From the NCBI RefSeq assembly GCF_009914755.1, contig NC_060928.1: a stretch of DNA of 64,000 nucleotides. One strand, 5' to 3'. Made by a program: the position numbers and the translations under genes. Below the pieces are notes generated by a model that worked only from the letters and a program-made list of their open reading frames with translations, made no database searches and was not told where the DNA came from. The DNA comes from the human T2T-CHM13v2.0 reference genome, Homo sapiens. Positions 41,503 to 53,676 of this stretch are shown here, piece by piece (position 1 is the first letter of the stretch; each line of letters starts with the position of its first letter).

Positions 41503-42801
41503 TTGAAGTTTTGCCCTGCATGGCTTATTGTACCTTGGGATATAAGCCAATAATAGTAGGACATGTAATGAATTTATAAAGAAAATAATCAATATATATT
41601 AATGGCGCAAATTTGTTTTACTAAATGAGGACCAGATCCAAAAAAACATGGAGACTACTGTCCTAGAGATGAACTGATAACTAAACTACTTTCTATAAGG
41701 GTCTACAAGCTATTTTACAATTTGAAATAAAAAGTTCATATTTTAAAGATATTATGTTCTAAATAAGAAGTTAGAATATTTTACCACAGAGGGATGAATT
41801 TTTGAATTTGCAAAGTGTCTTTGCCTCCGTTTTCTCATTTTACTCCTTTGTGGAATGAGAAAGCAAGGTGTTTTTTATCTCTTTAGTGGCAATATTTAAG
41901 TGACTTTCTTGGCCTGTCTCCCTTTCTTCCTCTCCCTCTCTTTCTCTTTCTCTTGTAGTGATATGTGCAATAACAGAAGTTTTTTTTCCATTGACCTCAG
42001 CTTATCTTATGACTCTCCCAGTTTTTTCATTGGGGATAAACGTGTTTTTGCCAATTCCAGATAACTCAGTCACTCCTAGTTTAAAACACAGCCTCTGTGG
42101 GGCCCAGTGCATGTGGCCCAAATTCTGGATTCTCATCTTCCTGCCAAATCCTTTTCCCACCGCTTGGGGGTAATATAAGTTCCAAGGCTGCTATATTATC
42201 CATATGAGTATTGCATTGTCAATGAATCTTCCACGTCCAGAACCGTATCTTGTACTCAGTAAACACTGAACAATGAACTCAGTAAACATTGAACACCTTT
42301 CTCTTAGGAATTGGCCTGGATAGTTAGACTTTAGAAGTCCCAAACTGAACTCACGTCTTCCTCCCATGATCCCTGGGCCAGTGCTCCTTCTCCAGGGCTC
42401 CGCATCTGAGATGTGACACCATCTACCCAGTTGTTCAAGCCAGAAACTGGATCATACTGGAGTTAGCCCCTGGGTCCCTGATATATCTTGGCTTTCATTG
42501 CCTATGTGCAAAATCTATGGGCTATACAATAACAACTCTCATTGGTAATCAGTCCATAGAACAGTAGGGACAATTGGTGCAGACTAATGTTTTTCAGTTT
42601 TGCAAATCTGCCTTTGTAAACATCCATGTTTAGTATAGACTTCCTTGTGGGCCACTGGAGCCCTACTGGCTAGTGCTTACCTTGGCCATGCCTGAGTAGA
42701 CAGGGAGGAAAGAAGAGGAAACTTTAGATGAGTGTCCCAACTCTTTTCCCCAATTTTAAAGATGACTATCCTATCCTTCAAACAAGTTCTGTCCCCTAGG
42801 G

Positions 42802-43135
42802 CAGTGATCCCCAACTTTTTTGGCATCAGGGACTGGTTTCATGAGAGAGAATTTTTCTACAGACCAAGGAAGACTGGTTTCGGGATAAAACTGTTCCACC
42901 TCAGATCATCAGGCATTAGATTCTCAAAAGGAGCTTGGACCCTAGGTCCCTCACGTGCACAGTTCACAATAGGGTTTGTGCACCTATGAGAATCTAATAC
43001 TGCTACTGATCTGACAGGGGGCATAGCTCAGGCAGTAATGCTCACTGGCCCGCTGATCACTGCCTGCTCTGCAGCCCAGCTCCTGACAGGCCAGGGACTG
43101 GCATCAGTCTGCAGTTCAGAGGATGGGGACCCCTA
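42802..43135 (+). mobile_element. MER1B hAT-Charlie element
   Basis: CAGTGATCCCCAACTTTTTTGGCATCAGGGACTGGTTTC...GGGGACCCCTA; 8-bp TSD CCCTAGGG / CTCTAGGG. Confidence 0.92.
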
Positions 43136-45144
43136 CTCTAGGGCTCAGAGAAGAAGCTGCTATAGAGGTGGGAGCACATGTTGTGCTGGTTTTCTTGCTT
43201 CTCTGCTACAGGGACTGTTGTTTGGAAGACTGGGGCTATGCTGTCCTGGACACAGCTGCCCCGGTACTACTGGCCATAAGGTTCTCCCTTTCCACTCCAT
43301 TTCCCTCTCTCTGGGAGCTTGTAAGATGTGTGGGGCATGGCATTTTGAAGATATACATTTATATGGAAAATGGATCTTAGAAATCTTCCAGTTTTAGTCC
43401 TTCCTGAGTCTGTGAGAAAAGAACTCCCCAAGCTCCTAGAAAATAAACATTCTGGGTTTCAAGAAATGTGCGTCAGACACAGGCGAGGGGAGCCGTGGTA
43501 GCCAGGGTAGAGGCTCAAGACCTCACACAAATGTCCCTCTGTGACTCTTCCTTTCTCAGGCTAATCCCATGAACCCCCTTTTGGATCTGGGATGCAGAAA
43601 CTGGTGCAGCTCCTCGGGGGGCTGAGGACCCTTGACAGAGGAGTCACACTTAGCAGCCTGGAGTCAGTGTGTGTTGGGAGGGCAGTGTTTGCATAGAAAC
43701 CCTGCAATGGTTGAGGACTTGGTGGCCAGGCAAACTTGTTTCCAAGTGCTTCTTTTGGTGAAGCGTTCTGCCTTGTAGCTTTATGGCCTTTTAAAAGAAT
43801 CTGTTTCATATTTTTTAATGGTAGGCTTCGGGCCAGCATTATCATCTCTACCTTACCAATGTGGAAAATGCAGATAAGGAAATGCCAAGATGTTAAATGA
43901 GTTGTCCAAGATTTTGTAGCCAATGGCGGTAGAGCCAGGATCAGCATCTGGGCCTTGTAAACGCTCTGATTGTGAAGGTGTTACCCATATTGGACCGTGT
44001 CAGGGCCTCCATCTCTCCAGAGCAGCTGTTTGCCCCTGGCTGAACCCTGAGGAGGTATCTGCAGAACCAGAGGCAGATGGACCATCAGACTTGGAAGGGA
44101 CTTTAGAGCAGCCTCTTGTTTTTAATGAGACTTAGAAAGATGAGTGACCTTCCTCATGTCCTATATCTAGTTCATGGCAGACTGATCCCAAAGATTTGGA
44201 ACACAGTCAGAACACCATCCAACTGCTTTCCCATAAGAACCAGATGGAGTCAACTCGAGTTCCTCATAAACTTCATTCAAATACAAAAAAGGCAGAACAG
44301 AGAAAATTATTACTTTTCCCATCTGGAAAAAGCATGGCAATTAGGATTTCTGGGCCTCTATCCATTTATCATAAAGAGATGAGGAGGGAACAATATGATA
44401 AATAATAGATATTATCAAACTTTCATTTTAGTATCATGGTTGACTTCTGCTGGAAGTTAATAGCTTGGCATTGCTAAGCACACTCCCTAGAAGCCGTTTT
44501 TTTTCTTGGCTGATCAATCCAAAAATGGTTTTAAAAGTTTGGAGTGTAGTCTGGTCCTAAGTTAGCTAAGATGGGCTGAGGATTAAGGCACAAATCCAAT
44601 TTTTCTTTTCTATTAAGAAATAACACTTGTATTAAAACATTATTACAGATTATAAGGGGCATATTAACTTTGCCACTAACCGGTTATGTGACCTTGGAGA
44701 AGCAACTCACCTTGGTGTTCTCATTGTGCATGTAAAACACCCACCTCCCAGGGTGAGCGGAGAATTCAATCAGGTGAGAAAATTTATGCAAAGTGCTTTT
44801 AGCAGGCCCAAAGCTGATCTGTCTGTGATGGCTTCTGGTTACTAGAAGCTAATCTGGGATTCTTGGCTCCTAAGAGGTGGGCAATTCATCTCAGAGCAGA
44901 TCATCTTTGTCCAGGAAAGAATCCTTTGGCAGCCTCTCTTGGTTTGTCAGTGCAGTATAAGGCAAATAGACCTTCATTTTTAGACAATGGTGTGGAAGTT
45001 ACCATCTTGCATACAAAGCCCAGGGACCCAGCCTACTGTCAGGAAAGATGGAGGTCACCTGATTATGATCTGCAGGTAGAGAAAGCATCAAAGGCTGAAG
45101 GAGAACTTGTGTGACAGTCAGGAGAGTCAGACTGAAGTCTCAAT

Positions 45145-45611
45145 ATAGGGATAGAGGGTTCTTCAGAGACACAGCACCAATAGGATGTGTGCGTGTGTGT
45201 GTGTGTGTGTGTGCGTGTGTGCATGCAGAGAGAGAGAGAGAGAGATTTATTTTGAAGAACTAACTGACACAATCACAATTATGGAGGCTGGCAAATCCAA
45301 AATCTGCTGGGTGGGCCTGCAGGCTGGAGACCCAGGGAAGAGCCAATGTTGCAGTTTGAATCTGAAGACCATCTGCTGTCACTACTCCCTCTTGCTTAAT
45401 GGGGAGGTTAATTTTGTGTTCTATTCAGGCCTTCAACTGATTGGACGAGGCTCACTCTCATTATAGATGGCAACATGCTTTACTCAAAGTCCACCAACTT
45501 AGATGTCAACATCATCCCCAAACACCCTCATAGGAACATCCAGAAAAACGTTTGACCAAATATCTGGGTACTATGGCCCAGCCAAGCTGTTGTGTAAAAT
45601 GAACCATCACA
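45145..45611 (-). mobile_element. MLT2 (C/D-like) solo LTR with internal (TG)n(AG)n
   Basis: TTCTATTCAGGCCTTCAACTGATTGGACGAGG...TAAAATGAACCATCACA. Confidence 0.88.
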
Positions 45612-46512
45612 GAGTGTTCACAGGGAAGGAGCTGGTTTGGGCAGAAGTTGAGATCTATTCAGAAAATTATTTTGGACCCAGTCACCCTTGCAAATGTTGT
45701 GTTTGAGGGAACAACAGCTAAGCAAAAGATATGGGAATGTGAACTGCAAGATTTGTATTGTTGATGCCTAGAGTGAGACAGCATGGTAGCCTCCATAAGT
45801 AGGTGCAGCCCAGCAGCAGGAGCAAGTGTGTTAGGCAAGCTGCACAGAGTTTGTCTTCAACAGTGACACCTGTGGCCATGCAAGGCAATGACAGCAGTAA
45901 ATAGATCAGACTCCGCTTCTCCAAGTGAACCTCAGAAGCAGGAATGACCCCTTCTAGACTGAGCAAGCCTCTAAGTATTTCAAACGATTATGATACAGGT
46001 GCAGGGTGGGTTCAGGTGTGTGGAAAGGTGACCTCAGAGGGAAAAGAGCTTCTGCTAGTTGGACACAAAAGCCTTTGGTGATTGACTGGCAAAGTTCAGA
46101 GGTGTCCACTGTGCCCGGAGTTGGTAAAACAAAGAATACAGGTTGCTACATAAAAATTAATAAGGGATGACTTCCTCCCCTCACTTTCCAGCATGCATAA
46201 AAATAGCAGAAGCTTTAGCAGAGTCCCCCATGCTGTAGGTGACAGAGCTTCAGCAGTGACTTCTTCTTGTTTCCCTTCTGGCTTTTCCCAGGAGGCAGCT
46301 TAGGTTTGAAGCAGCATTTCACTTTCCATCTCTAAACAAGTACCATATGTTTACAACTTTGGGAGTTCTCACTCCTCTTTCTGGAGTCAAGGGTGTTCCC
46401 TGGGTGGTGAGGGAAAGGGTGTGTGCTTTGGAAGGTCGGGAAGGTGACATTTATCAAGTGCCTGCCATGTGTCAGGACAGAGCTGGCTGGATGTTTAACC
46501 TCTATTATATCT

Positions 46513-46923
46513 TGATGTGTTTTTGATGTGTGCCCCACCCAAATCTCGTGTCGAATTGTAATCTCTAGTGTTGAAGGTGGGCCCTGGTGGGAGGTGACTG
46601 GATCACGGGGGTGGATTCTTCATGAATGCCTTAGCGCCGTCCCCTTGGTGCTGTTCTCATGATAGTGAGTGAGTTATCACAAGATCTGGTTGTTTAAAAG
46701 CATGCAGCACATCTTCCCTCTCCTCCTCCTGTTCCAGCCACATGAAGACACCTGCTTCTGGTTTGCCTTCCACCATGAGTACAAGTTCCTTGAGGCCTCC
46801 CCAGAAGCAGAATCACCATGCTTCCTGTACAGCCTGCAGAACCATGAGACAGTTAAACCTCTTTTCTTTATAAATTACCCAGTCTCACGTATTTTTATAG
46901 CAATATGAGAACAGACCAATACA
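46513..46923 (+). mobile_element. MSTA solo LTR inserted in a MIR
   Basis: CCCCACCCAAATCTCGTGTCGAATTGTAATC...CCAATACA; perfect TSD TATCT. Confidence 0.92.
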
Positions 46924-47105
46924 TATCTACATATCCTCAAACCACCCGAGGAAGTGGGTCCTCATGACCTATTTTACATGGGGAATTTATAAATTACCCA
47001 GTCTCAGGTATTTTTTATAGCAATATGAGAACAGACTAATACATATATACAAATCCTCAAACCACCCGAGGAAGTGGGTCCTGATGCCCTATTATATATG
47101 GGGAA
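46867..47105. repeat. 119/120-bp tandem duplication across the MSTA-MIR junction
   Basis: Copies 46867-46985 and 46986-47105 differ by 8 substitutions and 1 indel. Confidence 0.95.
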
Positions 47106-47769
47106 GCTGAGGCACAGAGAACTTCAGTAACACATTCATGGTCACCAACACCACAAGCATCCATCAGAACCTGGAAAGGAGATGATTTTCTGCACCGAAG
47201 CTAACCTGGAAATGTATGAATTCTGTGGATACTTTCTTAGGAACCATGGGAATGCTCTCATCCCCCAGAAAGAACCCCTTGGCATGCAGACAAGAGTCTT
47301 TCCACCACAACAATTTGCTTTCAGGATTCCTTCTCTGAGGCCAGTGGAGGAACATGGGTAGGATTATTTTTCATGGCTCAGTTACCCAGCAATCTGCAAT
47401 TGCAAGATGGTGGGAAGGACTCCTCTTACTCTGTGGTAACCTAGAGCAAATCCTGGGCATCTCTCTGAGGACTGGGCTTAGTGACAGGTAATGGGCTTTT
47501 CCCACCTCCCCCTCCTGTGCTGTAGAACCTGCAAGTGTACCCTATAACAGATTTCATCACAGAGAATCATATAAAAATAGCAAAACCACTTATGAGCCTG
47601 TTTTGGAAAGGAAATAACTTATAGTTTGGGAAAGGTTCCTTATATTAAAATTACCAAGCTGCTTCCTTCCCATAATTTTTTCAAATTTAAATAATTTTAT
47701 CTCCAAATAAGAAAATCTTGCAGGCATGAGGTAATACTTGCCTAGGATTTGAGGTTAGATGTTCTTGAT

Positions 47770-47955
47770 TAAAAGTCTGATGTACTCTGTACAAGACTGG
47801 GCAAGTCAGTGAATTTCTCTCAGCCTCAGTTTCCTCATTTCTGAAAGGGACTGTAATGTCTGTGCCTGGTTGCTGTGAAAGCCAATTGCATTTGGGGAGG
47901 TGAAAAGTCCATAAATTGTCAAGAGCTGAACTCATGTGAGGTATTATTATTATTC
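47770..47955 (+). mobile_element. MIR SINE
   Basis: GGGCAAGTCAGTGAATTTCTCTCAGCCTCAGTTTCCTCATT. Confidence 0.75.
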
Positions 47956-48254
47956 ATAGTAACAATATATAGATCTTAGGATATCATAAGGGAAGTTTTG
48001 CCCTTCTGGGGACTGGCTGAGTAGATCACAAAATACATGGCAAAAGGCCGTACGAATTCCTCAATAAAGGGTTCAGAATCAGCACCGAAGGGCACTGGCC
48101 AGAACTGAGCTCCTTTTCCCCCTGTGGCTCTGAGCTGGCATGGGTAGGGGCTGGGGTGGCTGAGGCTCCTGCCCCCAATCACCCGGGGCAGCTTTGCAAA
48201 TTGGGTGGGATGTCATGGCTTGCCACAGAAGTGGGGGTGCTGGGGTTAGGCGCA

Positions 48255-48470
48255 GGGTCTCTGGAGTCCACCTCCCTGGATTCAAAGCCTGACCCTGCTA
48301 TTTTCTAGCATTGAGGCTTTGGGCAGTTGATTTTTACTTCCTGGCTCCTCATCAGCAAAATGAGGATATGAGCAAAATGAGCAATGGTAATAATAGAATA
48401 TTCCTCATAGGGTCACCATGAGGATGAAGAGCTTCAATAAGCACAGTGGGCACTGCCCATTGTGGCACAG
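48255..48470 (+). mobile_element. MIR SINE
   Basis: TCTGGAGTCCACCTCCCTGGATTCAAAGCCTGAC...CCTCATAGGGTCACCATGAGGAT. Confidence 0.7.
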
Positions 48471-49749
48471 AGGCAGTGTGGAGAGTGCTGTATTTCACGC
48501 AGCCGTTTCTCTAAGTGTCCATATCCAGCATGGCTCCTGGCTGCTGCCAGTCACTCTGTAGCTCCTGTCCACTCCCCACCCTCAGTGCCAGGCCCTTTCC
48601 TCTGTGACAATCTGGGAAGCAGCAGGGTAGAGTCCACCCTTCCCTGATTCCCCTGCCTGGGAAGCATCCCCCAGTGTACACAGGCTTGTGTAGAGCTCTT
48701 ACGTGGGGCAGGGCAATCCCTTGGGGTCACAGAGGATTACGTCCCGTTAGGGGTGACACTCAAGACCGGGTTCCACTTGGGTTTTCCCTTGCGTTGCTCA
48801 GGGCTTGAGCCTTCTGCAAGGGGACCCCCGCCCTACCCCTGTCTCATTGCCCTGTCTAAGCCCCATCCAGTTCCCTCTCCAAGCCTCTCAGTGTGAAACT
48901 TTACCCCTTTTTCTGGGAATGGATTAATGGTGCAGCAAGGGAGTCATCCATGGGTATCCTGAGCTCGGCAGTTGGGAGATGTGCAGCAGCCCCAACCTGG
49001 GTGGGCGCTGGTGCTCTTTTCCGCTCATGAATCATCTGAGCTCAACATTGGCTAACGTGCCCTACTGGAACCTGAGCTCCCACCTCAATCCCCACCCCAC
49101 CCCCAGAACCAGCGGCAGGCTGGCAGCCCCTCTTCCTGTGATCCATCTTTCAGAGATGTGTGCGGCTTGGCCTTGATGACCCCATGGTCTATTTCCATCT
49201 CGAGAAAAGATGATTTTCCCTGTCGGTAAGGCTAGGACCCTGCCCTTGGAAACAGTGGGGCCTATTATGCCCATGAGGAGCAACTGAGTTAGCAATTGAG
49301 TTAGGGACTTCTCTGAGCATGTTACAAAGACCAGAATCTCCCTCTGCTGGTGCTGGCTTTTGGGGATGTGCAGGCAAATCATGAAATCTGACTCCCATTT
49401 TCATGCTCCTGCCTTCTCTTAGGGGCTTACCTTGGAGAATGGCACCACCGTCTCATCAGTTACTCAAGCCATGAACCTGCTGCCATATTTGAGTCTTTCC
49501 CCTCCCTCGGAGCCTACATCCGACTGCTCAGTGGTGTCTCGTGTCGTCCTTATTTTGTCACTTGACAAGCATTGGCTGAGTCCCTGCTGTGTGCCCTGCA
49601 CTGCACTGGACATTCAGAGTACAACACAGTCCCTATAATCAGGCTCTTGCAATCCCGAGAGATCAAGATGCAAAGATCGTTGAGTCCATCAGCCCTACAC
49701 CCTGCATCTCCTGCTATGGGAGCAGAGTGGGAAGGACACCAAGGCTTAC

Positions 49750-50270
49750 AGAGGCTGTGCGCAATCACGTGGCGTCAGCAGCAGAGCCCCGTGCCCAGGC
49801 ACCTGGAAATTGCATCCATCCCTGGACTGTGGTGGGTCCATGGGGCTCAGGGTGGGGATGGGGCTCCTTCCCGGACTTCACAGGGGTGGGCTCAGCCACC
49901 CCCGTGGGCTGTTTCAGCTCCAGCATTCTCTGGGCCAAGATTAAACGTTAATTTGTAATGGGGTCTGCTGAAGGTATCTTCGGTTGCAGCCTCGAGGCAG
50001 ATTACTCCGGAATCTCAGTGGAATGAATCAGAGGCCTGCTTTTGGCAGTAAGCATCTGAAGCTTAACCAGGGAAAGATGACAATTTATGCTGCGTCGAAG
50101 AGGACGATAGCTTTCTTGTTTTACTGCCAGAAGAACACCATGGGGTAGGGGTCTGAAGATGGAAAACCAACGCTGTGTCGGCTGGAAAACTTTTGTTTTT
50201 ATTTATGAGACTGATTTGTATATGTTAAGGCCAATTGGTAGAAATTGGCCCATTTGCAAATTGGCAGACA
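49750..50270. promoter_or_regulatory. Candidate enhancer block
   Basis: Apparently repeat-free with retained CpGs; E-box/bZIP composite, G-tracts and homeodomain palindromes. Motif evidence only. Confidence 0.3.
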
Positions 50271-50643
50271 GAGAAAAATCTTGATTTAGGACTAAAAGCA
50301 ACGAAGCTAAGACAATAAAAAGAGAATCATGTTCATTAAGTTAAAAAAGCAGACTCCTATTCAAGCTTTTTTTCCCTTAAATTCTTAACTTCTCTAATTG
50401 CAAATGAGTTTGAGATAGTTTACAGAGACGCAATATAATAGGATAAAAATAAATAGATTAAGAAATCAGGACGAAGGGAAAATAAAGAAAGGATAATAGA
50501 ATAAAGCCAGAGAAAGATAATAAACAGAACTATATATGATACTCTTGGGAACATTAAAAATAATATTTAAAAAACTTTTAAATTGAGGTATAACGTGCAT
50601 ATAAGTAAGAAAGTCTTAAGTGTTTAGCTAGCTCAATGAAGCT

Positions 50644-51219
50644 TGTGGCCCAAAATTACCTGAGACAGGTCTCAACCAACTTAGAAAGTTTATTTTGCCA
50701 AGGTTAACAGCCTCAGGAGGTCCTGACGACATGTGTCCATGATGGTCCGGGTACGGCTTGCTTTTATACATTTTAGGGAGACATAATACATCAATCAATA
50801 CATGTAAGATTTACATTGGTTTGATCTGGAAGGAGGGTACAATTTCAACTGGGATGGGGGGCACTTCCTGGTCATAGGTAGATTTAAAATGTTTCTACCT
50901 GGCAATTGGTTGAAAGAGTTACTATCAATAGAAAGGAATGTGTGGGTTATACTAAGGGGTTGTGAAGGCCAAGGCTTTATCATGCAGCTGAAGCCTCCAA
51001 GTAGCAGGCTTCAGAGAGAAGAGTTTGTAAATGTTTCTTGTCAGACCTAAGGTCTGTGTTGATGATAATGCTGGAGGGTAGATGAGGCAGGTCCGATCCT
51101 CTCTTCCATCGTGTCCTGAACTCGTTTTTCAGGTTGACTCTGGAATGGCCTTGGCCAAGAGGAGGGGTCCCCATTCACATGGTTGATGGGAGGCCTTAGA
51201 ATTTTAGTTTTGGTTTACA
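50644..51219 (-). mobile_element. MER4A-family ERV1 solo LTR
   Basis: CTGAGACAGGTCTCAA...AGAAAGTTTATTTTGCCAAGGTTAA...CCTTAGAATTTTAGTTTTGGTTTACA. Confidence 0.88.
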
Positions 51220-51610
51220 GGTTTTACATGTGTGGCCAACAGGTGACCACCACCAATAAATATATAGAACCCTTGTAGATTCTGTTAGGCTTCCCCTTCT
51301 CATCAGCACCTCAGAAGAGGTGGCCACTACTCCAACTTTTCTCACCATATATTAGTTCTGCCTGCTCTTAAGCCTTCATGTAAATTGGATTACATGGTAA
51401 ATACTCCTTTGTATCTATCTCCCTTCACTATTACATCTGTGAGTTTCACTCACGTTATTGTAGGCAGCTGTACCCTCCTCTCCCTCACTGCTGCATAGTA
51501 CTCTTTATATCTCATGTGAAGGACTTATCCATTCTACTGGTGAGGGAAATGTGGGCCATTTCTACTTTTTGGCTTTATACATGAAGGTGCTGTGAACATT
51601 CTTAGGCATG

Positions 51611-52030
51611 TGGTATGGTTTGGATCTACGTCCCCACCCAAATCTCATGTTCAATTGTAATGCCCAGTGTTGGAGATGGGGCCTGGTGGAAGGTGATTAG
51701 ATCATGGGGGTAGAGTTCTCATGAATGGTTTGGCACCATCCCCCACTTGGTACTGTATAGTGAGTGAGTTCTCACTGGGATCTGGTTGTAAAAGTGTGTG
51801 GCACCTCCCCCCACCTAATCCCCCACTTTTCTCCTGCTCTGGTAATGTAAAGTGCTGGCTTCCCCTTCACCTTCCACCATGATTGTAAGTTTCCTGAGGT
51901 CTTCCCAGAAGCAGATGCTGCCATGTTGCCTGTACAGACTGCAGAACTATGAGCCAATTAAATCTCTTTTATTTGTAAATTACCCAGTTTCAGATATTTC
52001 TTTATAGCAATGTGAGAAGAGGCTAATATA
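51611..52030 (+). mobile_element. MSTA solo LTR
   Basis: TGGTATGGTTTGGATCT..GTCCCCACCCAAATCTCATG...CTAATATA; TSD GCATG / GTATG. Confidence 0.9.
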
Positions 52031-52163
52031 GTATGACTCTTGGGGGGACATAAACACTCATTTCTGCTGGGTATATATACCCAGGAGTTGGGTTGCTGGG
52101 TCATATTGTATGTGAATGGTTAGCTTTAGTAGAAAATGCCAAGCATCTTTCCTACATACAGTA

Positions 52164-52197
52164 CAGGCATACCTCACTTTATTGTGCTTTGTGATAC
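52164..52197 (+). mobile_element. Tigger1 terminal fragment
   Basis: TA|CAGGCATACCTC..TTTATTGTGCTT matches the Tigger1 left end after a TA target. Confidence 0.55.
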
Positions 52198-52329
52198 AGT
52201 AGTTGTACCATTTTAGACTTCTATCAGCAGCACACAAGAGTTCCTGTTGTTTCATATTCTTGTCAACACTTGATGTTGTCAGTCTTTAATTTCAGCCATT
52301 CCCATGGGGGCATGGTGGTTCTAGAAGAC

Positions 52330-52775
52330 TTTTTCCCCCTTTTCAGCAATCATTTCCCCTTCTTTGGATGAAAGCATTGATTTTCAATAGAATCCATCAT
52401 TCGCTAGCCCTGAGGGGGATCACATGACCCAGATCTAAGACTGGGCATCACTTTGCCCTAACATAGTAATTGGTGTGGTTTGAGCCACTTAGGTAGATGC
52501 CTGAGCTGGTCCAATAAGAGTGAATCTCCAGCCTTTTGCCAGAATTTAGGTAGCTATTCTGTAGCTCTGAGGGGAGAATTGGTCTAAGAACAGAGTTAAC
52601 ATGAGAGAGTGAGCCAAGAAGACAGAAGCAAAAGCAGCTTGCCAATACTGTTTGACCTCCGTGGTTGTGTCTGGAACTACATCTACCCCTAAAGGCTATA
52701 TTTTCTCTTTTATGCTTCAGCCAGGTTGAATCAGGTTTTCAATTATTTGTCATCCAAAGAGTACTATTCAATGTC
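52330..52775 (+). mobile_element. MLT1K-like LTR
   Basis: CACATGACCCAG...GCTGGTCCAATAAGAGTGAATCTC...TTTATGCTTCAGCCAGGTTGAATCAGGTTTTC. Confidence 0.6.
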
Positions 52776-52899
52776 CATCAAGTCCTAAAAGCCCACTTCA
52801 GCATTATTCTGCATACAAGAGGCTTCCTCACTTGTGAATCTTTTCTCCACTTTCAGAGCCTCTGCAGGGGCTATGCCCTCCCCAGAGAATGCTCTTGCT

Positions 52900-53185
52900 C
52901 TCGCAAGCCTGGATCCTTCCTGTTCTTTAGGGAAGAAATGTCCCCTCCTCCAATATTCTCTAGCATAGTTCCCTCCTCTTATTTCTGCAAGGCACTTGTG
53001 CTGTTCTTTCACAATTTCTCATTTGTTTATTGGTTATTGATGGAATTTTGCCATCTCTCTGTGATTTTCATGAGGTCAGACACAATCTCTATTTTGTTCT
53101 CACCAGAAACCTTGTGCCTAGCAGAGTGCCTGGCCCATCAAGGCATACAATAAATGTTTGTTGAATGAATGAACAATGAATGAAT
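52900..53185 (+). mobile_element. L2 3' end
   Basis: GTGCCTAGCAGAGTGCCTGGC...CAATAAATGTTTGTTGAATGAATGAA. Confidence 0.8.
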
Positions 53186-53274
53186 ATAACTGTGTCTTAA
53201 CCTTGGTCTGGGCTCACATCGACCTGGCCTGGAATGACCCAGCTGTCAGGTTAGTTCCCCTGGGCCCATCCCAC

Positions 53275-53676
53275 ACATCTGAGTTTGGATTCTCCCAGAA
53301 GCAGAACCTGGGACAGACTTGAGAGGAGGTGGGAAGTGAGATAGGGAAGGGGAGCCAGGCAACCAAGAATGTGTTAGAAAGCAGGTGTGGCTCATGCCTG
53401 CAGGGAGCTCTGAGAACAAGTGTAGTCAGGCAACCCAGACTTATTTCACCCAAGGGAGAGGGAGCTGTGGTATTTATACCCCAACTACCCCACATCAGCG
53501 ACTAAGGGCTATTTACTGGGAGGTATGGATTCCTGACACTTCTAGCTTTGCCTGTGGTGGCCAGAGAAAGCTATCAGGCAGGAAAATACAGGGGCAGCCG
53601 GTGGGAAATGGGGCAGCATGCTTTGCGAGGTAAGGGTGAGGGGATAAAGGTGTGACCCCCGTAGCATCTGAACCAT
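53275..53676 (-). mobile_element. LTR16C-like LTR
   Basis: TCTGAGTTTGGATTCTCCCAGAAGCAGAACCTG...GGAGCTGTGGTATTTATACCCCAACT. Confidence 0.72.

Larger units (their letters stand above)
50572..52320 (-). mobile_element. L1ME-type 3' region hosting three nested insertions
   Basis: AAATTGAGGTATAAC..., resuming after each LTR; GCTGGGTCATA...TTTAGTAGAAAATGCCA...GTTGTACCATTTTA. Confidence 0.75.

Noticed and set aside
50988-51015. CTGAAGCCT...AGGCTTCAG hairpin
   Set aside because: As I recall it is part of the MER4 LTR consensus, so it is not locus-specific.
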